This document shows positions 8,207 through 18,512 of a stretch of DNA of 20,000 nucleotides, piece after piece. Source of the stretch: an uncultured virus (IMG/VR IMGVR_UViG_3300011635_000012). Its lineage: Duplodnaviria > Heunggongvirae > Uroviricota > Caudoviricetes. The notes beneath the pieces were generated by a model. It saw only the letters and a list, made by a program, of their open reading frames with translations. It was not told where the DNA came from and did not search any database. The translations under genes and the position numbers were made by a program. The DNA is taken from the IMG/VR virus record IMGVR_UViG_3300011635_000012, one strand, 5' to 3'. The number at the start of each line of letters is the position of its first letter. Positions within the stretch are counted from its first letter, which is position 1.

Positions 8207-9399
8207 CAGATTTCCCCTCGTGCTTTCAGAATATCGTGAACGGTGAAGATATCTTTATCACCGCGACCGGAAAGGTTAACGACCAGCAGTTGCTCTTTTT
8301 CCGGGTTTTCTTTCATCATTTTCAGCGCATGCGCCAGAGCATGCGAGGACTCCAGTGCCGGGATGATCCCTTCGCTGCGGCACAGCGTCTTAAACGCTTC
8401 CAGCGCTTCGTCATCGGTGATGGAGACGTAGTCAGCGCGTCCGGTGCTGTTCAGGAACGCATGCTGTGGCCCGACGGACGGGAAATCCAGACCGGCAGAG
8501 ATGGAGTACGACTCTTCAATCTGACCTTCATCGGTCTGCATCATCGGCGCTTTCATGCCGAAGTAGATCCCCACGCGGCCATGTTTCAGCGGAGCGCCGT
8601 GCTCACCGGTTTCAATCCCGTGACCCGCTGGCTCCACGCCGATCAGGCCAACACGGGTTTCGTCGATAAAATCAGCGAACATCCCGATGGCGTTTGACCC
8701 TCCGCCCACACAGGCAATCACCGCGTCCGGCAGACGGCCTTCTTTTTCAAGGATCTGCGCTTTGGTCTCTTCGCCAATCATGCGCTGGAATTCACGCACG
8801 ATAGTCGGGAACGGGTGCGGGCCAGCGGCCGTGCCGAGCATGTAGTGCGCGGTTTCATAGCTACCAGACCAGTCGCGCAGCGCTTCGTTACAGGCATCTT
8901 TCAGCGTGGCAGAACCACTGTGAACCGGGATCACTTCTGCGCCCATCAGACGCATACGGAATACGTTCGGAGACTGACGCTCAACGTCTTTCGCCCCCAT
9001 ATAGATACGGCATTTCAGGCCAAGCAGGGCGCTTGCCAGTGCTGATGCCACGCCGTGCTGACCCGCGCCGGTTTCGGCGATGATCTCGGTTTTGCCCATC
9101 CGTTTTGCCAGCAGTGCCTGTCCTAACACCTGGTTGGTTTTATGCGCGCCGCCGTGCAGCAGGTCTTCACGCTTGAGGTACAGCGTGGTTTTGGTGCCGG
9201 CAGTCAGGTTACGGCATTTGGTCAGCGCTGTTGGACGGCCCGCGTAGTTTTTCAGCAGGTCGGTAAATTCAGCCTGAAACGCTGGATCTTTCTGTGCGCT
9301 CACAAACGCTTCTTCCAGCTGGCGCAGTGCGGGCATCAGGATCTGCGGAACGTACATCCCGCCGAACTCACCAAAATACGGGTTAAGTAATGTCGTCAT
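8206..9399 (-). CDS. trpB: Tryptophan synthase beta chain
   Basis: [19 protein letters not shown]...[11 protein letters not shown] (PLP lysine); start at 9399. Confidence 0.99.
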   Translation of the reverse strand: MTTLLNPYFGEFGGMYVPQILMPALRQLEEAFVSAQKDPAFQAEFTDLLKNYAGRPTALTKCRNLTAGTKTTLYLKREDLLHGGAHKTNQVLGQALLAKRMGKTEIIAETGAGQHGVASALASALLGLKCRIYMGAKDVERQSPNVFRMRLMGAEVIPVHSGSATLKDACNEALRDWSGSYETAHYMLGTAAGPHPFPTIVREFQRMIGEETKAQILEKEGRLPDAVIACVGGGSNAIGMFADFIDETRVGLIGVEPAGHGIETGEHGAPLKHGRVGIYFGMKAPMMQTDEGQIEESYSISAGLDFPSVGPQHAFLNSTGRADYVSITDDEALEAFKTLCRSEGIIPALESSHALAHALKMMKENPEKEQLLVVNLSGRGDKDIFTVHDILKARGEI

Positions 9400-9409
9400 T
9401 TTTTCTTCC

Positions 9410-10768
9410 TTAATATGCACGCAGAGTTTTAAATACCGAGGCCAGCTTACTGGCATCTTTGATGCCCGGTTGCGACTCTACGCCTGAATTGAAATCGAGG
9501 CCCGCGCAGCCGGTTTTGGCTGCTTCCACACAGTTATCCGGGCTAAGTCCACCCGCCAGCAGGACATTGTCCAGCGCTTCGCCGTTCAGCAGTGACCAGT
9601 CAAAACGCTGGCCTGTACCGCCCTGGCCGTTATCGAGCACGTATTTATCAACATGATTCAGGTTACGTGCTGGCAGGGTGCTGCCCACGCTCTGCGCTTT
9701 CCAGATCTGAACCTGAGGAGCCAGCCCGGCACGCAGGGCATCGATGTATGCCTGATCTTCATCACCGTGCAGTTGTACTGCACTAAGGGATAACGCTTCG
9801 GCTTTTGCCGTAACGTCCGCAATATCAGCGTTACGGAAGACGCCCACATAGCTGAGTGGGGCTGCCGCTATCACCTTGCGTGCCTGTTCATCGCTCACCG
9901 CACGCGGTGAGGAGCCCACAAAGATCAACCCGCCGTAAATAGCCCCCGCCTCATAGGCGGCCTGGGCATCCTGTTCGCGGGTTAAGCCGCACACTTTGTT
10001 TTCACCCAACAGCACCCGACGCACTGCGGCATTGAGATCGTCATGTGCCATCATCGCAGAGCCAATCAGGAAACCGTTGGCAAAGTGGCTCAGCTCACGC
10101 ACCTGGGCGTAGCTGTTGATCCCGGATTCACTGATAACGGTCACGCCAGAGCCCAGACGCGGTGCCAGCTGACGCGTACGATTCAGGTCAATTGACAGAT
10201 CGCGCAGATCGCGGTTGTTAATCCCGACCACTTTCGCCTGCAGTGCAATGGCTCGCTCCAGCTCTTCTTCGTTGCTCACCTCGGTCAGCACGCCCATGTT
10301 GAGGCTGTGCGCCACCGCAGCCAACTGGCGATACTGCTCGTCGTCGAGCACCGAGAGCATCAGCAGGCAGGCGTCAGCCTGGTAAAAACGCGCCAGCCAG
10401 ATCTGATACGGGTCGATAATAAAGTCTTTGCACAGAATCGGTTGCGGCGCGATGCTGCTGACAACAGGCAGAAAATCGAAGCTGCCCTGGAAATATTTCT
10501 CATCCGTCAGCACAGAGATCGCCGACGCATGATGCTTATAAATGCCGGCAATACGCGCCGGATCGAAATCCTCACGGATAACGCCTTTCGACGGGGAGGC
10601 TTTTTTGCACTCAAGAATAAATGCGGTGCGCGCGCCCTGCAGGGCATCATAGAAACGACGGCTGCTTGGGACGACGTCGTTCTGAAAACTGGCAAGCGGC
10701 TGCTGCGCTTTGCGGGCTTCCACCCAGATGGCCTTATCGGCAACGATTTTCGCTAAAACGGTCTGCAT
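9410..10768 (-). CDS. trpC: Bifunctional indole-3-glycerol phosphate synthase / phosphoribosylanthranilate isomerase
   Basis: [10 protein letters not shown]...[10 protein letters not shown], 452 aa TrpCF fusion. Confidence 0.98.
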   Translation of the reverse strand: MQTVLAKIVADKAIWVEARKAQQPLASFQNDVVPSSRRFYDALQGARTAFILECKKASPSKGVIREDFDPARIAGIYKHHASAISVLTDEKYFQGSFDFLPVVSSIAPQPILCKDFIIDPYQIWLARFYQADACLLMLSVLDDEQYRQLAAVAHSLNMGVLTEVSNEEELERAIALQAKVVGINNRDLRDLSIDLNRTRQLAPRLGSGVTVISESGINSYAQVRELSHFANGFLIGSAMMAHDDLNAAVRRVLLGENKVCGLTREQDAQAAYEAGAIYGGLIFVGSSPRAVSDEQARKVIAAAPLSYVGVFRNADIADVTAKAEALSLSAVQLHGDEDQAYIDALRAGLAPQVQIWKAQSVGSTLPARNLNHVDKYVLDNGQGGTGQRFDWSLLNGEALDNVLLAGGLSPDNCVEAAKTGCAGLDFNSGVESQPGIKDASKLASVFKTLRAY

Positions 10769-10771
10769 TCT

Positions 10772-12373
10772 TTACCCTCTTGCCGCAAGTGCGGTAACGC
10801 GATCGTAAGCTGCACCAGAGCGCAGTACGTCCAGAACTTTTTGTGCGTTAGCTTTGAGATCCTCTTCGCCGTGCAATCGCATCAGCATGGCCACGTTGGC
10901 TGCCACGGCTGCCTCATGGGCAACCTCTCCCTTACCTTGTAATAAGCGCGTGAGAATGTCACGGTTTTCTTCCGGCGTGCCGCCTGCCAGCGCCTCCTGA
11001 TGATACGGCGTTAAACCAAAGTCGGCGGCTTCCAGCTGATAGCTCAGGATTTCGCCATTGCGCAGTTCCGCGACGAGAGTTGGCGCGTGAAGGGACACTT
11101 CATCCATACCCCCGCTGTGAACCACTGCCGCGCGCTGATAACCGAGCACGCGCAGGGTTTCCGCAATTGGCAGAACCAGTTCCGGGCTGTAAACACCAAT
11201 CAGCGCCAGCGGCGGGTGCGCCGGGTTGATCAGCGGCCCCAGTACGTTAAACAGCGTGCGTGTTTTGAGTTGCTGNNNNNNNNNNACCGGCATCGCATGG
11301 CGGAAACCGGTGTGATACTTCGGCGCAAACAGGAAGCAGACGCCCAGATCGTCCAGCGCTTCACGGGAGCGTTCGGCGTTCATATCCAGGTTAATGCCGA
11401 AGGCAGCCAGCAAATCGGACGAGCCCGAGCGGCTGGAGACACTGCGGTTACCGTGTTTCGCCACCTTCAGGCCACACGCCGCGGCCACGAAGGCACTGGC
11501 GGTGGAGATATTGATGCTATTGCTGCCATCGCCCCCGGTGCCGACGATATCCGCAAACTGATAATCCGGGCGCGGGAAGGGGGCGGCATTTTCCAGCAGG
11601 GCCGTGGCGGCACCGGCGATTTCTTGCGGGCTTTCGCCGCGCACTTTCATGCTAACCAGTGCGGCCGCCAGCTGTTCAGGTTTCAGCTCACCGCGAACCA
11701 CGGCAGAAAAGAGCTGGTGGCTCTCCTGCTGGCTCAGGGTCTGCGCCTGATACAGCCTTTCCAGAATCGGTTGCAGCGTGTTGGTCTGCTCCAGTTTCTG
11801 CAACGCCCAGTCCAGCGTCTGCTCCAGCAGTCGCGCGCCATGGGTCGTGAGAATCGACTCCGGATGGAACTGCATGCCGCAGACGCGATCCGCATCGTGA
11901 CGCACGGCCATTACCATCCCTTCAAACGAGGCGTTAATGGTCAGCCCGGCCGGGATGTTGCTGCCCACCAGGGAGTGATAGCGCGCAACCGGCAGCGGAT
12001 TTGGCAGGCCGGCAAACATCGCCTGGCCGTCATGTTCAATGCTGGAGGCCTTGCCGTGCAGGATCTCACCTGCCTGACCCACGTAGCCGCCATAGGCTTC
12101 CACAATCGCCTGGTGACCCAGACAGATACCGATAATCGGCAGTTTACCGCGCATACGGGTCAGCAGCTCCGGCATACAGCCCGCCTCACTGGGGGCTCCT
12201 GGGCCAGGAGAGAGCATCAGCACCGGGTTTTGCATGGTTGCCAGACGGTCTATCAGCGTCTGTGCCGGAACATGGTTACGATAGATAACGACGTTGTGAC
12301 CATTCGCACGCAGCTGATCTGCCAGGTTATAGGTAAAAGAGTCGATGTTATCGAGCAGCAGAATGTCAGCCAT
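10772..12373 (-). CDS. trpD: Bifunctional anthranilate synthase component II / anthranilate phosphoribosyltransferase (contains N gap)
   Basis: [17 protein letters not shown]...GICLGHQ...DIVGTGGDG. Confidence 0.98.
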   Translation of the reverse strand: MADILLLDNIDSFTYNLADQLRANGHNVVIYRNHVPAQTLIDRLATMQNPVLMLSPGPGAPSEAGCMPELLTRMRGKLPIIGICLGHQAIVEAYGGYVGQAGEILHGKASSIEHDGQAMFAGLPNPLPVARYHSLVGSNIPAGLTINASFEGMVMAVRHDADRVCGMQFHPESILTTHGARLLEQTLDWALQKLEQTNTLQPILERLYQAQTLSQQESHQLFSAVVRGELKPEQLAAALVSMKVRGESPQEIAGAATALLENAAPFPRPDYQFADIVGTGGDGSNSINISTASAFVAAACGLKVAKHGNRSVSSRSGSSDLLAAFGINLDMNAERSREALDDLGVCFLFAPKYHTGFRHAMPXXXXQQLKTRTLFNVLGPLINPAHPPLALIGVYSPELVLPIAETLRVLGYQRAAVVHSGGMDEVSLHAPTLVAELRNGEILSYQLEAADFGLTPYHQEALAGGTPEENRDILTRLLQGKGEVAHEAAVAANVAMLMRLHGEEDLKANAQKVLDVLRSGAAYDRVTALAARG

Positions 12374-13935
12374 CAGAAAATCTCCTGTGCGTGATGTGCG
12401 GTAGCAATGGCGCGCAATACCGCGCGGGCTTTACTGCGGGTTTCGTCAGCTTCAGACTGCGGAACAGAATCCAGAACAATCCCTGCGCCTGCCTGCACGG
12501 TAGCGATACCGTCCTCAACGTAGGCGGAGCGGATCACAATGCAGGTATCCAGATCGCCATGGGCGGTGAAGTAGCCCACTGCACCACCGTAACTGCCGCG
12601 ACGGCGCCCTTCAGCCGCCGCGATCAGCTGCATGGCGCGAACTTTCGGCGCGCCGCTCAGCGTGCCCATGTTCATACAGGCGCGGTAGGCGTGAAGCACG
12701 TCGAGGTCGCTGCGCAGTTCGCCCACCACGCGGGATACCAGATGCATAACAAACGAGTAGCGGTCGACCTTGGTCAAGTCCGCCACGTAGCGGCTGCCAG
12801 GGGTACAAATGCGCGCCAGGTCGTTACGGGCCAGATCAACCAGCATCAGATGCTCGGAGAGCTCTTTATGGTCGGTACGCATTTCCAGCTCAATGCGGCT
12901 GTCGAGATCGCGATCCAGCGAGCCATCGGCTCGACGGCCGCGTGGCCGGGTTCCGGCAATCGGGTAGATCTCAATCTGGCGGCTGGTGGCGTCATATTTC
13001 AGTGAACTTTCAGGGGATGCGCCAAACAGGGTGAAATCATTGTCCTGCATAAAGAACATGTACGGGCTTGGGTTGCTCTTTTTCAGCACGTCATAGGCCG
13101 CGAGCGGCGACGGGCAGGGCAGAGAGAAACGACGGGACGGAACAACCTGGAAAATTTCTCCGGCGCGAATCGCTTTTTGCATCTGGCGAACCACGGCACC
13201 GTACTGATCGTCGCTCTGATTAACCTCACAGGTCATTTTCTCGACACGATGTACAGGCAGCGCAGGCGGCGCTTCGGTCATTTGTTGCTGCAACTGCTCA
13301 ATACGCTGCTCAAGGCGTTTTTTCTCTGTCGCGGATGGCGTGAAGAGGCTTGCCTGAATACGGGTGTTTTTTTTCTGGTGGTCGATCACCAGTAAGGTTT
13401 CGGCCAGGTAGAAGCAGTAGTCGGGGCAGCGGTTACCCTGTTCAATGTCCGGTAAATCTTCGAACCCGGCCACCAGGTCGTAAGCAAACAGCCCGCCAAA
13501 GAACATTGCTTCGCGTTCATCTTCCGGCACGGTGACCAGATTTTGCAGCAGACGGAAGGCATCAAAAACGGAAAGAGAGCACAGGCGTGCGTCTTCGTCC
13601 AGCAGTTGGCTCACCGGCGGGAAGTGCAGAACGCGCATTTCAGGATGGTGTTCATTTTCGATACCAGCAGGCAGGCTCGCATCCAGTAACGGCAGCAGAG
13701 CCGCACCGTTATCCGATAACGCTTTGATAGTGACAGTGTCACCTAGCGCCGTAATGCGCAGCGCGCTGTCCACCAACAGCAGGCTCTTGAGATCGTCTTT
13801 GCTGTCAATATCGGCGGATTCCAGTAACAACGTGGCTGGACGCGCACCGCAGACCTGATGAAACAGCGCGGTTGGGTTGTGGCGATAGGCCGCCTCGCTG
13901 GTCAGCAATTCGAGGTGTGGTTTGGCTGTTTGCAT
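12373..13935 (-). CDS. trpE: Anthranilate synthase component I
   Basis: [11 protein letters not shown]...[12 protein letters not shown]...NPSPYMF; 520 aa from the ATG at 13935. Confidence 0.98.
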   Translation of the reverse strand: MQTAKPHLELLTSEAAYRHNPTALFHQVCGARPATLLLESADIDSKDDLKSLLLVDSALRITALGDTVTIKALSDNGAALLPLLDASLPAGIENEHHPEMRVLHFPPVSQLLDEDARLCSLSVFDAFRLLQNLVTVPEDEREAMFFGGLFAYDLVAGFEDLPDIEQGNRCPDYCFYLAETLLVIDHQKKNTRIQASLFTPSATEKKRLEQRIEQLQQQMTEAPPALPVHRVEKMTCEVNQSDDQYGAVVRQMQKAIRAGEIFQVVPSRRFSLPCPSPLAAYDVLKKSNPSPYMFFMQDNDFTLFGASPESSLKYDATSRQIEIYPIAGTRPRGRRADGSLDRDLDSRIELEMRTDHKELSEHLMLVDLARNDLARICTPGSRYVADLTKVDRYSFVMHLVSRVVGELRSDLDVLHAYRACMNMGTLSGAPKVRAMQLIAAAEGRRRGSYGGAVGYFTAHGDLDTCIVIRSAYVEDGIATVQAGAGIVLDSVPQSEADETRSKARAVLRAIATAHHAQEIF

Positions 13936-13960
13936 TATGTTGTTCTCATTTATTCTGTTC

Positions 13961-13986
13961 AAAAAAAAGCCCGCTGATGAGCGGGC
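13961..13986 (-). terminator. trp attenuator terminator
   Basis: Minus strand GCCCGCTCATCAGCGGGC followed by TTTTTTTT. Confidence 0.92.
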
Positions 13987-14030
13987 GGGTATCTGTTTGC
14001 TGTACGCAGACGTGTGACACTGCCCGGAAA

Positions 14031-14075
14031 TCAGGAAGTGCGCCACCAACCGTGCAGAGTGAAATGTGCAGTCAT
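14031..14075 (-). CDS. trpL: trp operon leader peptide [14 protein letters not shown]
   Basis: 14-codon ORF with tandem Trp codons upstream of the attenuator. Confidence 0.95.
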   Translation of the reverse strand: MTAHFTLHGWWRTS

Positions 14076-14104
14076 TTTCAGATACCTTTCTCGTGTGAAC
14101 TTGC

Positions 14105-14138
14105 GTACTAGTTAACTAGTTCGATGGCGTATTGTCAA
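14105..14138 (-). promoter_or_regulatory. trp promoter with TrpR operator
   Basis: TTGACA (14138-14133), 17 bp spacer, TTAACT (14115-14110); operator GTACTAGTTAACTAGTTC at 14105-14122. Confidence 0.93.
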
Positions 14139-14214
14139 CCCTTGATTTCAGAATTTCGTGGCAAGTCGGTATCATGGGCTTTTAAGATGTCTCTAACCTG
14201 TGACGGGAAGTGCT

Positions 14215-15096
14215 TTGAGCGATACCACCTACGCCGTAATTTATGATTTACACAGCCATACCCAGGCCTCCGATGGTCTGCTGACGCCCGAAGCGTTGGT
14301 GCATCGTGCCGTTGAAATGCGGGTTGGCACGCTGGCCATAACCGATCACGATACAACCGATGCCATTCCAGCCGCGCGCGCCGAGATTGCCCGCAGTGGT
14401 CTGGCACTCAAACTGGTTCCTGGCGTCGAGATATCGACCGTCTGGGAGAATCACGAAATCCATATTGTTGGCCTGAACATCGATATAGACCATCCGGTAA
14501 TGTGTGCGTTTTTGCAAGAACAAAAAACGCGCCGCAATCAGCGCGCAGAAATGATCGCTGAACGTCTGGAAAAGGCGCATATTCCGGGCGCCCTGGAAGG
14601 GGCACAAAGGCTGGCAAACGGGGGCGCGGTAACGCGCGGTCATTTTGCCCGTTTTCTGGTTGAGGCCGGCAAGGCCACAACGATAGCGGATGTCTTTAAA
14701 CGCTATCTGGCTCGCGGGAAAACCGGATATGTTCCGCCACAGTGGTGTACAATAAAACAAGCTATTGATGTGATTCATCATTCTGGCGGTAAGGCCGTGC
14801 TGGCCCATCCGGGGCGGTATAATCTTTCTGCTAAATGGCTGAAAAGACTGCTGGCGCATTTTGCCGAATGCGGTGGCGAGGCGATGGAAGTCGCCCAGTG
14901 TCAGCAGGCGCCCAACGAGCGTTCGCAGCTTGCGACCTACGCCCGCCAGTTTGGTTTGCTGGCGTCACAAGGCTCAGATTTTCATCAGCCCTGTGCGTGG
15001 ATAGAACTGGGACGCAAGCTTTGGTTACCCGCAGGCGTTGAGCCTGTCTGGCAGCTCTGGGAACAGCCACAGCAACTTGAAGAGAGGGAAGTATGA
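14215..15096 (+). CDS. rnm: PHP-domain 5'-3' exoribonuclease RNase AM (YciV/TrpH)
   Basis: TTG start, SDTTYAVIYDLHSHTQASDG...AITDHDT...GSDFH; divergent from trpL as in E. coli. Confidence 0.93.
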   Translation: MSDTTYAVIYDLHSHTQASDGLLTPEALVHRAVEMRVGTLAITDHDTTDAIPAARAEIARSGLALKLVPGVEISTVWENHEIHIVGLNIDIDHPVMCAFLQEQKTRRNQRAEMIAERLEKAHIPGALEGAQRLANGGAVTRGHFARFLVEAGKATTIADVFKRYLARGKTGYVPPQWCTIKQAIDVIHHSGGKAVLAHPGRYNLSAKWLKRLLAHFAECGGEAMEVAQCQQAPNERSQLATYARQFGLLASQGSDFHQPCAWIELGRKLWLPAGVEPVWQLWEQPQQLEEREV

Positions 15097-15713
15097 GTCA
15101 GTTTTTCTATATTCATCCGGATAATCCGCAGCCGCGCCTGATTAATCAGGCCGTGGAGATCGTGCGTAAAGGGGGCGTTATCGTCTACCCGACGGATTCG
15201 GGTTATGCGCTGGGCTGTAAGATTGAAGATAAAGCGGCGATGGAGCGCATTTGCCGTATTCGCCAGTTGCCGGACGGTCACAACTTTACCCTGATGTGCC
15301 GGGATCTCTCTGAGCTATCGACCTATGCTTATGTCGATAACGTGGCATTTCGTCTGATTAAAAATAACACGCCGGGCAACTACACCTTCATCCTGAAAGG
15401 GACGAAAGAGGTTCCGCGCCGTCTGTTACAGGAAAAGCGCAAAACCATCGGGATGCGTGTGCCGTCTAACCCGATTGCCCAGGCCTTGCTGGAAACGTTA
15501 GGTGAGCCGATGCTCTCAACCTCGCTGATGCTGCCCGGCAGTGAATTCACCGAGTCCGATCCTGAAGAGATCAAAGACCGTCTGGAAAAGGTGGTTGAGT
15601 TGATTATTCATGGCGGTTACCTCGGTCAGCAGCCGACCACGGTTGTCGATTTAACGGAAGATGCACCGGAAGTGATTCGCGAAGGCGTGGGTGATGTTAA
15701 GCCTTTCTTGTAA
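15093..15713 (+). CDS. yciO: Sua5/YciO/YrdC family protein
   Basis: MSQFFYIHPDNPQPRLI...VYPTDSGYALGC; synteny with yciV. Confidence 0.95.
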   Translation: MSQFFYIHPDNPQPRLINQAVEIVRKGGVIVYPTDSGYALGCKIEDKAAMERICRIRQLPDGHNFTLMCRDLSELSTYAYVDNVAFRLIKNNTPGNYTFILKGTKEVPRRLLQEKRKTIGMRVPSNPIAQALLETLGEPMLSTSLMLPGSEFTESDPEEIKDRLEKVVELIIHGGYLGQQPTTVVDLTEDAPEVIREGVGDVKPFL

Positions 15714-16060
15714 AGGTGTAAGCAGCTATACTACGCGGCCATCAAATCAGGGCATAGCCCTGGTTTGACCTGATTCGACGCCTGTGAAGGCGCACAAGAT
15801 AAATATTAAATCATGTATAATCAATGATTTAATATGTCTCGGTTAATGGTTGTTACTAACTTGTGTGACAGCCATTAGCCACATCGCGACTCTCATCATG
15901 TATGTACACCTTTCCCTGCCGTTAATGGCTTCATTGGTCAAGCTACGTTCTGGGTATTAATACCGAGGGCTTTATGGCTTCTCTTTTCCAAAATCTGTTA
16001 GTTGCGCATTGTATGCACCCTGGTTAACCTGAGATTAATCCTAACCACTCAAGGGTGTGC

Positions 16061-16231
16061 ATGGCTATCGGGAAGAGACAGAATCAGAAGGAATCACCTG
16101 AGGAAGAGTTAGATCGCTTGCTGGATCAACTTGAGTTGACGCCGGATCAGCGTAATTTTATTGATTCTATGCGGGTAAATGAGGACGAAGAGAAAGATGA
16201 AAAGTCGCGCTTGTATAGTACCAATACGTAG
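16061..16231 (+). CDS. Small acidic hypothetical protein (56 aa, MAIGKRQNQKESPEEELDRLLDQLEL...)
   Basis: Read manually; AAGGG RBS-like sequence, helical charged composition; below the ORF track cutoff. Confidence 0.5.
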   Translation: MAIGKRQNQKESPEEELDRLLDQLELTPDQRNFIDSMRVNEDEEKDEKSRLYSTNT

Positions 16232-16328
16232 CTAACAGTACCTTTTATACTGTAAGTTTAACCAAAGTGGATGTGATTCTCCCCATCAATGCTGACTCAT
16301 AGATAATAATAGATTAAGGACGTTTAAC

Positions 16329-16970
16329 ATGAAAACTTATATTGCACTGCTCTTACTTTTCTCAGCTAACTGTATATCTGCACCAGTTCAATTAAACCCT
16401 GATTTGAGGTTTTACGACCAAGGAAAGTTGGTTAAAGAGAAACAGATGGGGAGAACTGGGAAATATGAAATATCCATGAGCGAAGAGGGTAAGATAGGAA
16501 ATGTTCGATATAGATTCTGGCTATCAGATGGGTCAGGCACTTTTCAAGGGGAACCTGATAACACATTAGATTTAATTAAAGATAACAGTGATTCTAACTG
16601 GTCTTTGCGGTGTGACAGAGACAACATGACGGATAAAGTTACGTGCTCAGCTACGAAATACGATCTGACCGTAAGCTATTTTGATAATGGGAGTAAGAGA
16701 GTATCCTTGGGAAGTAACAACTACCCAGATTCAGCTATATATGCAAGGATAGATAATGGCAGCGTAATGCAGGGGCCTGGCGATGGTTATTTTGCTTTGA
16801 ATGATGGCAAGGATATTATATCTGCTTTGTTATCAGGTAAAACTGTTAATACTCAGTGGCAGGAATGGCCTTATCAAAGTAACAAAGAAGGTAGTGTCAG
16901 CGGCTATGGTTTTAAAGAAGTTTCAGACTACATGAATTGGGTTCTGACACAGAAAAAGTCAAAGTCTTGA
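16329..16970 (+). CDS. Hypothetical exported protein
   Basis: AAGGA RBS, signal peptide MKTYIALLLLFSANCISA, Cys pair C..D.MTD...C; followed by a hairpin. Confidence 0.8.
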   Translation: MKTYIALLLLFSANCISAPVQLNPDLRFYDQGKLVKEKQMGRTGKYEISMSEEGKIGNVRYRFWLSDGSGTFQGEPDNTLDLIKDNSDSNWSLRCDRDNMTDKVTCSATKYDLTVSYFDNGSKRVSLGSNNYPDSAIYARIDNGSVMQGPGDGYFALNDGKDIISALLSGKTVNTQWQEWPYQSNKEGSVSGYGFKEVSDYMNWVLTQKKSKS

Positions 16971-16993
16971 GTATGATAGGTTGTTATGAATTG

Positions 16994-17011
16994 AGAGGGC
17001 TAATGCCCTCT
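16994..17011. terminator. Hairpin between convergent units
   Basis: AGAGGGC-TAAT-GCCCTCT. Confidence 0.45.
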
Positions 17012-17360
17012 TAGATTATGCTCTTAAAGCTCAACGCCACTTCATAAGAAAATGAAACTTTTTTCCTGTCATTGCTGGCACTTTAACCGGTTGACCTTGC
17101 TCTACGTTGCATAGCGCGAGCGGTAACGCCATAATGCTGCTGTTCTGCATTTCCTTCTCTCCGTTGGGAATGTTGAATACGGTAGGGGCGGGCTTCTTGG
17201 TGGTTGGCTGCCCCTGCCACTTGTTGATCAACTGCTTTTCTAAGATTGGTTGGTAACAGATGACGCTGTATCGTCGTCCCTGCAAACTTCACTACCTGCG
17301 TATAAACGCACACCGTAGCACCACACCAGATAAAGCTGGTGATCGGCTTTTCTTCCTTCT

Positions 17361-17564
17361 TCAATTTTCTGAATCCTCTGTGTTGAAGGTTTTCGCATAG
17401 GGACATTTCCCCTTAGTTACGTAGGTGAACAGGTAATTGGTGTTCTCATACACACATAGTGTTTTTCCGTTCTCCGTCTGTTCCTCCTGCGGGTTGACCA
17501 TAGTTATCTGTCCGGCGTAAGTCTGTAAGCTCATGAGCGCCAGCGTCAGCATAAGATATTTCAT
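17361..17564 (-). CDS. Small exported protein (67 aa, two Cys)
   Basis: Strong AAGGAGGT RBS, signal peptide MKYLMLTLALMSLQTYA; starts 10 nt after the recombinase stop. Confidence 0.75.
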   Translation of the reverse strand: MKYLMLTLALMSLQTYAGQITMVNPQEEQTENGKTLCVYENTNYLFTYVTKGKCPYAKTFNTEDSEN

Positions 17565-17574
17565 GTTTACCTCC

Positions 17575-18135
17575 TTATAAGTCCATCTCATTGATCACAC
17601 GGCTAACGGCTTGCTTGTCTAAATCCAGATAGCGCCTGGTGTCAGTGATGTTGCTGTGATTGAGCACGGACATAGCTAAAGCGATGTTGTTTGCTGAACG
17701 CTTGTAGATGGCATTCCCGCCAGCTTTGCGGAAGCTGTGAGCCGATACAGTGCCATGAATCCCGATAGCTTTCGCGGCTTCTGCGATTTGCTTGCTCACC
17801 TCTTCGCGTCGTACAGGTGCTTGCTTGTTCATCGAGCGGTTACGCTGACTTCTGAACACATGCACATCATTGGGAAACTCAGCACGGCGACGAGCGATCA
17901 TCTGCACCACTGGAGCCGGAAGGGTGAGGGCTTTACGCTTCCCCGTCTTCTGTTCTTCTATGTCTATCTCTCCGTTTATCACTTCGTCGAAGCGTAAAGC
18001 TACGGCATCCCCCACACGCAATACGGCGGCTTGCATCATTAACGTAACGTCAGCTATCAGGCTTTTGTTATGAGCGTTTAGCCACTCCCTAATCGCTTTG
18101 GCTTGCTGTTCGTCTAACACGACTGCTCTGTTCAT
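17575..18135 (-). CDS. Compact tyrosine recombinase (186 aa, catalytic domain only)
   Basis: Full catalytic set: LRVGD, EQKTGK, HSFR, LNHS, TRRYL; GGAGGG RBS before the ATG at 18135. Confidence 0.9.
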   Translation of the reverse strand: MNRAVVLDEQQAKAIREWLNAHNKSLIADVTLMMQAAVLRVGDAVALRFDEVINGEIDIEEQKTGKRKALTLPAPVVQMIARRRAEFPNDVHVFRSQRNRSMNKQAPVRREEVSKQIAEAAKAIGIHGTVSAHSFRKAGGNAIYKRSANNIALAMSVLNHSNITDTRRYLDLDKQAVSRVINEMDL

Positions 18136-18326
18136 TTTACCCTCCCTCAAGGTCACACATCTAAACTTATGAAATAAACAATATGATCATTTTCAGTAAG
18201 TTGCAATATAAGTGATCAAAAATAAAGCTGTCTTGTGTGTGGTAAATGGCTGCACCCTTGCTATCACTGCTTAACGCGATTTTCATGACGTACCCCATTT
18301 CCACCCCAGGACTGCCCAAATATCAG

Positions 18327-18341
18327 TGATAATCATTATCA
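18327..18341. promoter_or_regulatory. Fur-box-like 7-1-7 palindrome
   Basis: TGATAAT-C-ATTATCA perfect palindrome. Confidence 0.5.
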
Positions 18342-18366
18342 TTCGCAATATAATCTATCGTGAATC

Positions 18367-18512
18367 TTTATAAATCAATGACTTGGAAAGTTGAAATATG
18401 TGTTTGAACATTGCCAAATCCTCAACTCTGCACGAAGAACAGCGGCAACAGCGGAACATCACACTACAGATGGTTTTGTGTGTGGTTATTGCCTATCTCA
18501 TTGATTTATAAA
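18367..18512. repeat. Perfect 15-bp inverted repeat enclosing 116 bp
   Basis: TTTATAAATCAATGA (18367-18381) and TCATTGATTTATAAA (18498-18512). Confidence 0.85.

Noticed and set aside
11276..11286. Insertion in trpD
   Set aside because: N-filled assembly gap; flanks fit the usual sequence
7561..15574. Many antisense or alternate-frame ORFs over trp, yciV and yciO (e.g. 11087-12394)
   Set aside because: Shadow ORFs of GC-rich conserved genes with no recognisable motifs
17031..17406. Minus-strand ORFs 17031-17285 and 17083-17406
   Set aside because: Overlap each other and the 67-aa gene, with no clear RBS or recognisable motif
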